In this document: positions 50,103-59,245 of the stretch, piece by piece
Numbering within the stretch: position 1 is the stretch's first letter
Layout of the letters: each line of letters starts with the position of its first letter
Assembly (NCBI GenBank): GCA_044226855.1
Contig: JBGAGF010000013.1
Location: 95,507-159,506 of the forward strand
Length of the DNA: 64,000 nt
Source of the DNA: Aggregatilineales bacterium
Lineage (GTDB): Bacteria; Chloroflexota; Anaerolineae; Aggregatilineales; Phototrophicaceae
Direction of reading: 5' to 3'
The notes under the pieces: model-generated
Told to the model about the DNA's origin: nothing
The model's database searches: none
Seen by the model: only the letters and a program-made list of their open reading frames with translations
Program-made: the position numbers and the translations under genes

Positions 50103-52160
50103 ATGAGGGATATTATGCTGACACCATTTGAACAATTTCTGTTTCTCCTGCTGGCGGTGCTGGCCGTCGGCGCGACATACAGCGGCTTCCGAGAAATGTA
50201 CCTCATCATCAATCGCGGAGAAGGCCAACTGTATTTGGATCATCTTCCCCAGCGTTTATGGACCGCTCTAAAAATCTATTTGGGACAGCAAACTACGCTC
50301 AAGACCCGACGCGTGAGCAGTTTGTTTCACTTGGGGATTGTATGGGGCTTTACTTATTACTTCCTCGTCAATGGTTTAGATACTTTTAAAGGATTTATTC
50401 CTAACTTTTTGGATTGGTTGAAAAATTTCGGGATCATTTATGACCTTTACCGGCTGGTTGGGGATGTGTTGAGCATCGCGGTACTGGTCGGCGTGGTGTA
50501 CTTCATCCTGCGGCGGTATGTGCTCCCCAACAAACGGGAGTTGGACTATCACGATAATGTGCTTTTGCATCCTAAAGTGAAGGCAGGCGCAGTCAGGACT
50601 GACTCGCTGATTGTGGCAATATTCATCCTGATCCATGTGGGTTCACGCTTCTTAGGTGAGTCGGTTTATGTGGCTCACAATGGGGCTGATTTGTTCATGC
50701 CTTTCGCGACGTTGATCTCACCCATCTGGGGGGGGATGAACGGTGACACATTGACCATGATGGAGCATGTCTTCTGGTGGTTGGCACTCGGCGGTATCCT
50801 CGTCTTTACGCCCTATTTCGCTTACTCGAAGCATGCTCACTTGTTCATGGCTCCCCTCAACTTCTTGACCAAGCCAAAGCGAACCTCGCTCGGTGAAATG
50901 GACAAGCTTGATCTGGAAAATCCCGATATTGAGCAGTTCGGCGTGAATAAGCTGGAAGATTTGCCCAAGACCAATATCTTTGACGGGTTCGCCTGTATCA
51001 TGTGCAATCGCTGTCAGGATGTTTGCCCGGCTTATACAACGGGCAAAGAACTTTCGCCGGCGGCCTACGAAGTCAACAAACGTTATTTCATGCGCGACCA
51101 CATGACCGATTTGGCCGGTGGATCGGAGTCAGAGTTCTCGCTGGTGGGGATGGCGATCAGCGAATCGGCAGTGTGGGCATGTACATCCTGCGGTGCGTGT
51201 ATCGATATTTGTCCGGTGGGCAATGAGCCGATGCTGGACATCCTGAACATCCGGCGTGACGCGGTGCTGATGCAGTCTGAGTTCCCGGCTGAACTGCAAG
51301 GCGCGTTCAAAGGTATGGAACGTCAGGGCAATCCGTGGCAGGCTCCGCGTGAAGATCGCTTCAAGTGGGCTAAGGGGCTCGACATTCCTGTTCCGACGGT
51401 AGACGAAAACCCGAACTTCGACATCCTGTATTGGACAGGCTGCGCGGTGAATTATGATCCGCGCGCACAGTTGACGGCGAGGGCACTGGTCAAGGTATTG
51501 AACGCGGCAGGTGTGAACTTCGCAGTGCTCGGTGAGATGGAAAACTGCACGGGTGATGTGGCACGGCGGGCAGGCAAAGAAGACCTGTATTATGAACTGG
51601 CGACGGGCAACGTCGAAACCCTGAACGAGGTCAACCCGAAGCGGATTGTGGTCACCTGCCCGCACTGTTACCACAACATCGGGAAGGAATATCACCAGTT
51701 TGGGGGGAACTATGAAGTGGTTCACCATACTGAACTGATCGAAGAACTGATCGGTGCGGGGAAGGTCCCGACAAGCACCAAGAAGATGAGCAACGTCACG
51801 TTCCATGATCCATGCTATCTGGGGCGGCATAATGACGTGGTCGAAGCGCCCCGCACGGCGCTGGGGTTGGTGAGCGAGAATCTGATTGAGATGCCACGCA
51901 GCAAGAAGAAATCCTTCTGCTGTGGGGCGGGCGGCGCGCAGTTCTGGAAGGAAGAGGAACACGGCACCAAAGCGGTCAACGTCGAACGCTACGAGGAAGC
52001 CAAGTCAACTGGAGCGGACGTGCTGGCGGTGGGGTGTCCGTTCTGTGCCCAGATGTTTGAAACGGCCAAGGCGAACGATGCTGATAGCAAGCTGGTGATC
52101 AAGGACGTGGCCGAGCTGATCGCCGAGAACCTGACGATGCAGGCGATCGTTCACGACTAA
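50103..52160 (+). CDS. membrane-bound Fe-S oxidoreductase, HdrD/GlpC/DsrK-like, fused to an N-terminal integral membrane domain
   Basis: About 270 aa of TM helices. Two 4Fe-4S ferredoxin motifs (CIMCNRCQDVCP, CTSCGACIDICP). Two CCG-type Cys-rich domains (CPHCYH...HDPCYLG, CCGAGG...GCPFC). Confidence 0.7.
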   Translation: MRDIMLTPFEQFLFLLLAVLAVGATYSGFREMYLIINRGEGQLYLDHLPQRLWTALKIYLGQQTTLKTRRVSSLFHLGIVWGFTYYFLVNGLDTFKGFIPNFLDWLKNFGIIYDLYRLVGDVLSIAVLVGVVYFILRRYVLPNKRELDYHDNVLLHPKVKAGAVRTDSLIVAIFILIHVGSRFLGESVYVAHNGADLFMPFATLISPIWGGMNGDTLTMMEHVFWWLALGGILVFTPYFAYSKHAHLFMAPLNFLTKPKRTSLGEMDKLDLENPDIEQFGVNKLEDLPKTNIFDGFACIMCNRCQDVCPAYTTGKELSPAAYEVNKRYFMRDHMTDLAGGSESEFSLVGMAISESAVWACTSCGACIDICPVGNEPMLDILNIRRDAVLMQSEFPAELQGAFKGMERQGNPWQAPREDRFKWAKGLDIPVPTVDENPNFDILYWTGCAVNYDPRAQLTARALVKVLNAAGVNFAVLGEMENCTGDVARRAGKEDLYYELATGNVETLNEVNPKRIVVTCPHCYHNIGKEYHQFGGNYEVVHHTELIEELIGAGKVPTSTKKMSNVTFHDPCYLGRHNDVVEAPRTALGLVSENLIEMPRSKKKSFCCGAGGAQFWKEEEHGTKAVNVERYEEAKSTGADVLAVGCPFCAQMFETAKANDADSKLVIKDVAELIAENLTMQAIVHD

Positions 52161-52214
52161 TCCAATTCAGCTAACCGCCAAGGCGCCAAGTTAATACAAA
52201 GAAAACGTCGTTCG

Positions 52215-52384
52215 AGAGGGCGGCGTTTTTGATTCAGCGGATTATGCGCAATATGCAAAATTTGCACATTTATCCGCCGAAATGACTGGCGGGAAGCCGC
52301 CGAGAAGCCGCTGAATTGACACTTTCACGCCGCGGGAAGTTCGGCTGGCGCCGCTGAATTGGCGCAAATGCCGCGGATGACCCC
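52215..52384 (+). repeat. partial copy (3' module only) of the dispersed repeat, truncated by the IS3 element
   Basis: CAAAATTTGCACATTTATCCGCC and GAATTGGCGCAAATGCCGCGG resemble the 3' blocks of copies A and B. No 31-nt core. Confidence 0.35.
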
Positions 52385-52489
52385 TGTATGTCCGCCGCTG
52401 CACAGTTGGCAGTGCTGTGGACTTGCCCCGTTTAAGTGGAGAGTGTGAAATTGCACAGGTACACTTAAATAAGGAGCAAGGAGAAAAGC

Positions 52490-52777
52490 ATGAGCAGACA
52501 CCGTAAGCAGCAAACCGAGGCCTTCAAAGCGGAAGCAGTAGCATTAGTGAAGGCGAGTGGAAAAGGGGTGCCGGAGATTGCGGAAGAGTTGGGGATTAAT
52601 GCGCGGACGCTGTACACATGGGTAGCGAGTGACAAGTCCAGTTCAGCCGTGACAGATGAAGGAAACGGACGGGATTTGGAAGCAGAAAACCGACGGCTGC
52701 GGCGGGAACTGGAGATCATGCGGCAGGAGCGGGACATCCTAAAAAAAGCTATGAGCGTGTTCGCGAAGGGGTCATGA
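52490..52777 (+). CDS. IS3 family transposase OrfA (HTH)
   Basis: EAFKAEAVALV...GVPEIAEELGINARTLYTWV and a leucine-zipper-like end. A7G slippery site at 52741..52748. Confidence 0.8.
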   Translation: MSRHRKQQTEAFKAEAVALVKASGKGVPEIAEELGINARTLYTWVASDKSSSAVTDEGNGRDLEAENRRLRRELEIMRQERDILKKAMSVFAKGS

Positions 52778-52818
52778 TGCGCTACCAGTTCATCGCTGAA
52801 CACGCCTAGGAGTATCCA

Positions 52819-53640
52819 GTGCAGCGACAATGTCAGGTGTTGGAAGTGGCTGCAAGCGGCTACTATGCCTGGTGCAAGCGCCAACCGAGTGGGCGACAGC
52901 AAGCGGATGCGGCCTTGGTGGCGGAAATCCAGAGAATTTACCAGCAAAACCGGGGAACGTATGGCAGTCCACGGGTGCATGCCGAACTACGAAAACGGGG
53001 ACACCGCTGCAGTCGCAAACGGGTCGCCCGCCTGATGCGCCAAAGCCATCTGCGCTCGGTGCGTCAAGCCAGGCGACGGCAGCTCACGACCGATTCTCGC
53101 CATCCTTATCCCGTTGCCGCCAATGTCCTCAACCGAGACTTTCAAGCTCAACGTCCCAACCAGAAGTGGGTAGCGGATATCACCTTCATCGCCACGCAGG
53201 CGGGATGGTTGTATCTGGCCGTGGTCTTGGATCTCTTCTCACGCCGCGTTGTCGGCTGGGCGATGAGTGCTCGTTGTGATGCCACTCTGGTTCAGCATGC
53301 CCTCCAGATGGCCCTCTCCCAGCGCCAACCTACTGGCGCTTTACTACACCACTCCGATCGCGGCAGTCAGTACGCCGCTCTCGCCTACCAAGCCCTGCTG
53401 GCTCAGCACCACATCATCGTCAGCATGAGCCGCACCGCCAACTGTTACGACAACGCCGTCATCGAGAGCTTCTTTCGCACCCTCAAAGCTGAGTGCATTG
53501 ACCTACATCTCTTTCACTCACATGCTTATGCCCGAACCGTTATCTTTGAGTACTTGGAGGTCTATTACAACCGTCAACGCCTACATTCCACCCTTGGCTA
53601 TTGCACACCTGCTGCTTTTGAGGCAGCCTACCTTTTATGA
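52819..53640 (+). CDS. IS3 family transposase OrfB (DDE integrase core); an in-frame TAG lies between the frameshift site and the conserved domain
   Basis: ...YGSPRVHAEL...DRGSQYAA...YDNAVIESFFRTLKAE integrase core. In the -1 frame after the slippery site, TAG at 52807..52809 interrupts the conserved FIAEHA-x-EYPV segment. Confidence 0.7.
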   Translation: MQRQCQVLEVAASGYYAWCKRQPSGRQQADAALVAEIQRIYQQNRGTYGSPRVHAELRKRGHRCSRKRVARLMRQSHLRSVRQARRRQLTTDSRHPYPVAANVLNRDFQAQRPNQKWVADITFIATQAGWLYLAVVLDLFSRRVVGWAMSARCDATLVQHALQMALSQRQPTGALLHHSDRGSQYAALAYQALLAQHHIIVSMSRTANCYDNAVIESFFRTLKAECIDLHLFHSHAYARTVIFEYLEVYYNRQRLHSTLGYCTPAAFEAAYLL

Positions 53641-53780
53641 ATCTCTTGTCTCTCCACAATATCAGGTCAAGTCCAGCTGTCGCAGCGGATGTGAGGGAGT
53701 GAACCGCCGAAAATGCAAAAGCAAAAACAGTTGAACCGCAAAGACGCAGAGAAAGAGGAGAAAAAGATAAAATCATCATA

Positions 53781-54697
53781 GGAATATGGTAGTGGTTGCA
53801 AAGTAAGTGATGGTGGATAAAGATCTGCCACATGATCGAAGAGACTACCAAATACTCGTGTCGATCATGCGGCAGTGAGCCTATTATACGCAACGGGCAC
53901 AATAAATGCGGGAGTCCGCAGTACAAGTGCAAAGCGTGTGGTGCCTGCCGCGTGTTGACACCGAAAATCAAATATACGCAGGAACAGAAAGTCACCATTT
54001 TGCGTGCTTACCGGGAACGGATCAGTTTACGCGGCTTACAGCGCGTGTTCGGTGTATGGCGCACTACCGTCTTGCGCTGGTTAAAGGCGTGGGTGGCATC
54101 CCTACCATCATTGCCCGAAACATTGCTTCCGGTTCAAGCGACCGATGTGCTGGAACTGGATGAACTGGTGAGTTTTGTGTCCGAGAAGTTCTTCAAACGC
54201 TGGTTGTGGCTGGCCATGTGTCGTCGAACGCGCCAGATTGTGGCTTATGCCATCGATGATCGCTCCGAAACCACGGCGCAGAAGCTCTGGGAAATGCTTC
54301 CCGACAGCTATCGAAGTTGTCCCATGTACACAGATGAGTACGATGTTTATCCACGTATTATCCCACTTGAGCAGCATCGGGCGGCCCCCAAAGAGGCACA
54401 TCAGACCAATCATCAAGAGCGTTGGAACAATACGCTCCGTCAGTGGGTCGGGCGATACACTCGCAAGTCCTTATCTTTTTCCAAGGAGGATCTGTACCAT
54501 TCTCTCGTCACTCATTGGTTCATCCTCGAATACAATCTTCGTATTCGATCATCACTTACCTTGTGACCACTACCAGGAATATGGTGGTGGTCATTTGGTA
54601 AGTGATGATTGAACCCTCACCCCTAGCCCCTCTCCCTCAAGGCGAGGGGAACTAAACAAGTTATCACTTACTATGCAACCACTACTAGGAATATTGT
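53781..54697 (+). mobile_element. IS1 family insertion sequence (single fused InsAB-type ORF)
   Basis: Inverted repeats with core TAGTGGTTGCA(A/T)AGTAAGTGAT at 53781..53815 and, reverse complement, 54661..54697. An extra direct partial copy of the left end lies at about 54573..54608. Confidence 0.6.
53832..54566 (+). CDS. IS1 family transposase (InsA zinc-finger/HTH fused to InsB DDE domain)
   Basis: N-terminal CRSCGS...CKACGA zinc finger. C-terminal ...YTDEYDVY...ERWNNTLRQWVGRYTRKSLSFSKE matches the IS1 InsB signature. Confidence 0.8.
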   Translation: MIEETTKYSCRSCGSEPIIRNGHNKCGSPQYKCKACGACRVLTPKIKYTQEQKVTILRAYRERISLRGLQRVFGVWRTTVLRWLKAWVASLPSLPETLLPVQATDVLELDELVSFVSEKFFKRWLWLAMCRRTRQIVAYAIDDRSETTAQKLWEMLPDSYRSCPMYTDEYDVYPRIIPLEQHRAAPKEAHQTNHQERWNNTLRQWVGRYTRKSLSFSKEDLYHSLVTHWFILEYNLRIRSSLTL

Positions 54698-54809
54698 AGC
54701 ACAAAAATTCTGTTTTGAGCGTTCGAATATACAAACTTATTCGACTTGCGCTCGTGATCGTCTCAGGTCATACTATCGTTTAGATTATTGCATCCAAATC
54801 GAACCATTC

Positions 54810-56260
54810 ATGCCTAAGGTTTTTATTTCCTACCGTCGTGCAGACAGCCAAACCATTACAGATCGTATTTATGATCGATTAGCGGCGGTATTTGGTGAAG
54901 AAAATGTATTTCAAGACGTGGATAGTATTCGCGCGGGTGCTGATTTCCGTGTGGTGCTGAAGGACGCTGTCGAGTTTTGTGATGTTGTACTGGTAATAAT
55001 CGGTTCGAAATGGGCTAGAGTCACGGATGACCTAGGACAGAAGCGACTGATGAATCCGGCTGATTTCGTCCGGATCGAGTTAGAAAGCGCACTCAACAGT
55101 CAAAAGGTTGTTATTCCTGCACTCATAGAAGGGGCGATGATGCCCGATGCGGATGATTTACCGCCATCCCTGCATGAATTGTTATTTCGGAATGCCGTCA
55201 AAATCCGCCATAATCCTGATTTCAAACGCGATATACAGCGGCTAATCGAACAGATTCAAGCTATTGATGCAGACAAACAAACAAGCAGCACACCATATGT
55301 CAGCAACGCCAGTTGGCGACGTTGGCGCAAACCCGCTATTGGTCTTGTCATCACTGTTCTTGTATCAGTAGGTATTGTTGCTGCAATACTGTCACGACAA
55401 CAAACACCCAATAGAGTCACGCCGACCGCTGCACCAACGAATATACCTCTAGCAGCAGTATCGGCAGCTACACTGCAAGCAATTGTACAACCAACGCAAA
55501 TACCAACTGTCATGATGCCTATTGTGGTTTCCCGCAACGTCGACTGGAAACCCGTTGAGCGTGATGTTAACGGGGTGATGATGGTGCAAGTGCCAGAAGG
55601 GTGTTTTGATATGGGCAATGATCCACAAGCTTTTGATGGTCCGATACAAGGAGTAGGCAATGGTGGTCACATTTGTTTTATCAGTGCTTTTTGGATAGAC
55701 AAAACAGAAGTGACTAACGCGCAGTTTACACAGTTTGGTGGCAAGCAGCACAGCCAAGCAATTGGACGAATCCCAACCACCCACGCGAAACGATTACGTG
55801 GTTTGAAGCACGCGACTTCTGCGCTGCGCGCGGCGGGCGTTTACCTACGGAGGCGGAGTGGGAATATTCAGCTCGCGGACCAGATAATCTGGCATATCCG
55901 TGGGGCAATTCATTTGTAGGCGATAACGTGGTCTATTCTGAGAACTCAAATTATCAAACAGCGGATGTTGGCAGCAAACCTAAAGGGGCATCGTGGGTAG
56001 GAGCGCTCGATATGAGCGGTAATGTGTGGGAATGGGTTTCAACACTCTACTGGCGGTATCCGTATCCTATACCAGACAGCAATGAAGAAGCTATACTGTG
56101 GATAAATTATAACGATATTGCTGATTATCGTGCCCTGCGCGGCGACTCATGGTATCCTACATATTTAGAGTACTTGCGGTCAGCCTCCCGTTACAGGGAC
56201 TTGCAGGATTATTCGTATAATGATCTTGGCTTTCGGTGTGTAGTTTCCCTCTCACAATAA
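54810..56260 (+). pseudogene. TIR - transmembrane - FGE-sulfatase (SUMF1/EgtB-like) domain protein, disrupted by internal deletion plus frameshift
   Basis: ORF 54810..55919 has an N-terminal TIR_2-like domain (MPKVFISYRRADS...RIELESAL...VVIPAL), one TM helix, and the start of an FGE domain (GCFDMG...FWIDKTEVTNAQFTQF). The rest of the FGE domain (HPRETITWFEARDFCAARGGRLPTEAEWEYSARG...DMSGNVWEWV...LRGDSW...GFRCV) is in another frame (55718..56260). Confidence 0.6.
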
Positions 56261-56500
56261 CGACAACAAACTGAATTGATTATGCCGCAACTCGGTGACA
56301 GCGTGAGTGAAGGCACTCTCAGCAACTGGCTTTAGAAGGCGGATCAATCCATTATCAGATAGACTTGGTTGATGGATAAGTATCGTCTGGAAGGTTGTCT
56401 ATGCTGCCGCAATAGATTGCTATTGATTTGCTCGATACACTGGACTGTGTAATTCGCTTGGACTTGAAAGAAAAGCCAATTGCTATATCCTAAGAAGCAT

Positions 56501-57856
56501 TTAGCGATTGTGGAACGGATTTGCGGAGATCTGGCGAATTAGTGTGTGTATGCCAACAGCGGTTAGCAGGGCAGCGATGGGATATAGGGCTAAATAGTAG
56601 CGCTGCCAAGGCAGAGGATTAATTAGCAAGGTAACGACGACAACTGCCAACCAGACCAGCACGCCGATTTCCCGTGTTCTCCATCGGGGCAGGAGGGAGA
56701 TAAGGCCAATGAGTGCAAGTAAGGTGAGTAATCCACCGGTCACGACGCCTGTGTGAAGTCCGCTTAAAACTGAAGCATCATATTGGGCGATTTCAGCCTG
56801 TACGGGGGCAACGCCCGCCCAGAACTCGACCTCATAATAGACTGGCGCTTGCATATAGGGCTGCGTCACAATTCCGCTGATCCGGTCGCTGATAGTGGTG
56901 GGCGCGGTTGGTTCGGCCTTGACCTGTGATTCCAGCAGCTTTGCTCGTTCGCTGATGAGGTCGCCAAATCGCTCAAGCGGATTATTCCATTGGGCAGGCG
57001 ATAGGGCGATAAACAGCGCCACCATGATGACCAGTGCTGTCACAACTTTTGTGAGTGTCTCAAATGCGCTTGTTTCTCTGCGTCTCTGCGGTTCAAACCG
57101 TATTTGCATCTGTCTGACCACAATCCATCCGAACGCCGCTGCCACAAATACAATCCCGCTGTGCTTGCTGGCGAATGTCAGTCCACCTGCAATGCCGAGC
57201 GCCAGCCACCAGCGCCAACTCTTGCGACCTTTGCAGATCAGGATTGCTATCAAGATGACCAGCAGCCCGAAACACAACACCGAGCCTTCCATCATGGCTC
57301 GCCGCCCGTTGAGTAAGATTATTGGATTGAGGGCGTATAAGCCACTTGCAATGAAGGCTACCAACCGTCCGCGAACCTGCCATCCAATCTCGAAGAGGAC
57401 TGCCGCGCTGAGGGCAAGAAAGAGCGCCGATGAAACGCGGCTGACGTTGAGCATAGCCTGTTCAGGGCGGCTTCCGCGCGTGACATTGTCGTCGTAGCTC
57501 AACGGCCACTGCCACAAAGGAGGTAGGGTCTGCTGGCTGTAGCCTGCGGCTTGCAAACTGAAACCAACGGTATACAGATTGATCGATCCGTTGATGAGGC
57601 GCAGCAGAGCAGGGCTGTCGACGATATAGGGCGGCATCACCAGAAGGGCTTGTGGTTGACGATCGACAAACAGGGTGAAGTAATCACGGCTCATAGTGAT
57701 CTGCATAGCTTCATCACCATGAAAGGGCACGGTCGTGATACCTGCGAGGATGTAAACCGCTAATGCCAACAACCAGAAGGCATCCAACAGTGAAAACCGT
57801 GATTTGGATGACGGGACATGTTGGCTCGGCGGTTCAACCATGGTTTGCATATGCAT
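56501..57856 (-). CDS. GT-C fold membrane glycosyltransferase (PMT/ArnT-like, GT39/GT83-like)
   Basis: Multi-TM protein with a conserved first-loop motif VPFHGDEAM. Resembles polyprenol-phosphate-sugar dependent glycosyltransferases. Confidence 0.5.
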   Translation of the reverse strand: MHMQTMVEPPSQHVPSSKSRFSLLDAFWLLALAVYILAGITTVPFHGDEAMQITMSRDYFTLFVDRQPQALLVMPPYIVDSPALLRLINGSINLYTVGFSLQAAGYSQQTLPPLWQWPLSYDDNVTRGSRPEQAMLNVSRVSSALFLALSAAVLFEIGWQVRGRLVAFIASGLYALNPIILLNGRRAMMEGSVLCFGLLVILIAILICKGRKSWRWWLALGIAGGLTFASKHSGIVFVAAAFGWIVVRQMQIRFEPQRRRETSAFETLTKVVTALVIMVALFIALSPAQWNNPLERFGDLISERAKLLESQVKAEPTAPTTISDRISGIVTQPYMQAPVYYEVEFWAGVAPVQAEIAQYDASVLSGLHTGVVTGGLLTLLALIGLISLLPRWRTREIGVLVWLAVVVVTLLINPLPWQRYYLALYPIAALLTAVGIHTLIRQISANPFHNR

Positions 57857-57860
57857 TCGT

Positions 57861-59186
57861 CTAAGCAGGCTTTTGGCGCTGCTGGATGAGTTTGACGATG
57901 CTCATCACACCGATGGCGACCAAGATCGTCATGATGGGGATTTCGGGCAGGTAATAACGCTGCCACGGCAGGGGATTAATCAACAAGTTCAGTACGGTAA
58001 TCAACAGCCATACCAGCAGCACGGCGGATACTGACCACGACTCATAAGGACGAATGCGCGGCCATAACACCGCGACCAAGCCAACTGCGGCGAGTAACGT
58101 CAGGGGGATGCCGATTAGTGGGCTGACCGACAGACCTCGCAGCGGTGAGGCTTCGTAGGTCGCGATTTCGGCGGTGATGGGCGCGGCTTCCGACCATGAC
58201 GCCTGCTCAAAATAGGCGACTGGCGTCATGAACGGTTGGGTCACGATATCCTCGATGCGCTGGGGTATGGTGGTCGGCGCATTCGGCGCAAGGATCGACA
58301 CCACAATATTGACCTGCTCGGTCAGCATTTGTGATAAATCACGTACGCGGCTGACCGGATCATTCCAGAGAGCAGGGGATAGGGTGACGGTTAAAACCAG
58401 CGCCAACACGCCGCTGACTGCTAATTTAAATGTGGAAGAAATGAGACTCCCCAACTGGTCTGATAGCAATGCTCCAGACTGCCGCCACTGACGGACTGCG
58501 TGCAGCACTTCGGCAAAGAAGATGCCGCCGAATGCGCCTGCTAGAAAAATCGTGTCGGTGTATTTGCTAACCAACGCCAAGCCGCTGGCGATGATGAGAG
58601 CTATCCACCAGCCCAATAGACCTTTGCCGCCTTGTTCACGCTGTCGCGCAATCCGTAAGGCTATCCAGATTGTCAGCAGGCCAAAGCCGAGCATGGCGCT
58701 TTCGACCAGTGCCCGCCGCCCATTCAAAAGAATAATCGGATTGAGGGTATAGAGCGCGCTAGCAATATAGGCCGTCCAGCGTCCGCCAAAGTGCCAACCG
58801 ATCCCAAACAGGGCAATGATGCTCAGGGCAAAGTAAACCAGCGCGGCGCTTCGAGCGGAAGTCAGCAGCGCATCAGACGGGCGGTGTCCGGTAGACACGT
58901 TATCGGCATAATGCAGCCCCCAATCCCAACCGGGGCGGGGTGGCAAATCTTGTGCCGTTAGTCCGGCTAACTGCCAACTGAGGCCGACGGAATAACGCAT
59001 GACCGAACCGTTGAGCAAACGCAGACGCGGATCACTGTCGATGTCGTAAGGGGGATTAACGGGCAGACTTTGCAGATTATGGTCGATAAAAACAGTCGCG
59101 TAATCCTTGCTGGTATAGATATGCATGGCTTCGTCGCCATGAAACGGCGCAAGTTTTAGGCCCAGCGCAGCATAGACAATGAGCAC
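57861..59186 (-). CDS. GT-C fold membrane glycosyltransferase, paralog of 56501..57856
   Basis: Same architecture and motif (APFHGDEAM, NPIILLNGRRA). 4 nt from the downstream paralog. Confidence 0.5.
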   Translation of the reverse strand: MLIVYAALGLKLAPFHGDEAMHIYTSKDYATVFIDHNLQSLPVNPPYDIDSDPRLRLLNGSVMRYSVGLSWQLAGLTAQDLPPRPGWDWGLHYADNVSTGHRPSDALLTSARSAALVYFALSIIALFGIGWHFGGRWTAYIASALYTLNPIILLNGRRALVESAMLGFGLLTIWIALRIARQREQGGKGLLGWWIALIIASGLALVSKYTDTIFLAGAFGGIFFAEVLHAVRQWRQSGALLSDQLGSLISSTFKLAVSGVLALVLTVTLSPALWNDPVSRVRDLSQMLTEQVNIVVSILAPNAPTTIPQRIEDIVTQPFMTPVAYFEQASWSEAAPITAEIATYEASPLRGLSVSPLIGIPLTLLAAVGLVAVLWPRIRPYESWSVSAVLLVWLLITVLNLLINPLPWQRYYLPEIPIMTILVAIGVMSIVKLIQQRQKPA

Positions 59187-59245
59187 TGCCAGCCAGAGCG
59201 CATCACCAACCTTTGGTAAATAGCGGTTTATGAGTACTTCCTCGC

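Larger units (their letters stand above)
52385..53694 (+). mobile_element. IS3 family insertion sequence, about 1.3 kb
   Basis: Imperfect terminal inverted repeats (left TGTATGTCCGCCGCTGCACAG...CTGTGGACTTGCC; right reverse complement TCACATCCGCTGCGACAGCTGGACTTGACC). orfA plus orfB with an A7G slippery site. Confidence 0.75.

Noticed and set aside
51129-51962. 277-aa minus-strand ORF antisense to the Fe-S oxidoreductase gene
   Set aside because: Shadow ORF. The sense strand carries unambiguous ferredoxin and CCG motifs.
52807-52809. TAG inside IS3 orfB read as a sense codon (stop-codon reassignment)
   Set aside because: Numerous other genes in the window terminate cleanly with TAG. An inactivating point mutation in one IS copy is far more parsimonious.
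55726-55908. 60-aa minus-strand ORF inside the TIR-FGE locus
   Set aside because: Antisense to clearly recognisable FGE-domain coding sequence.
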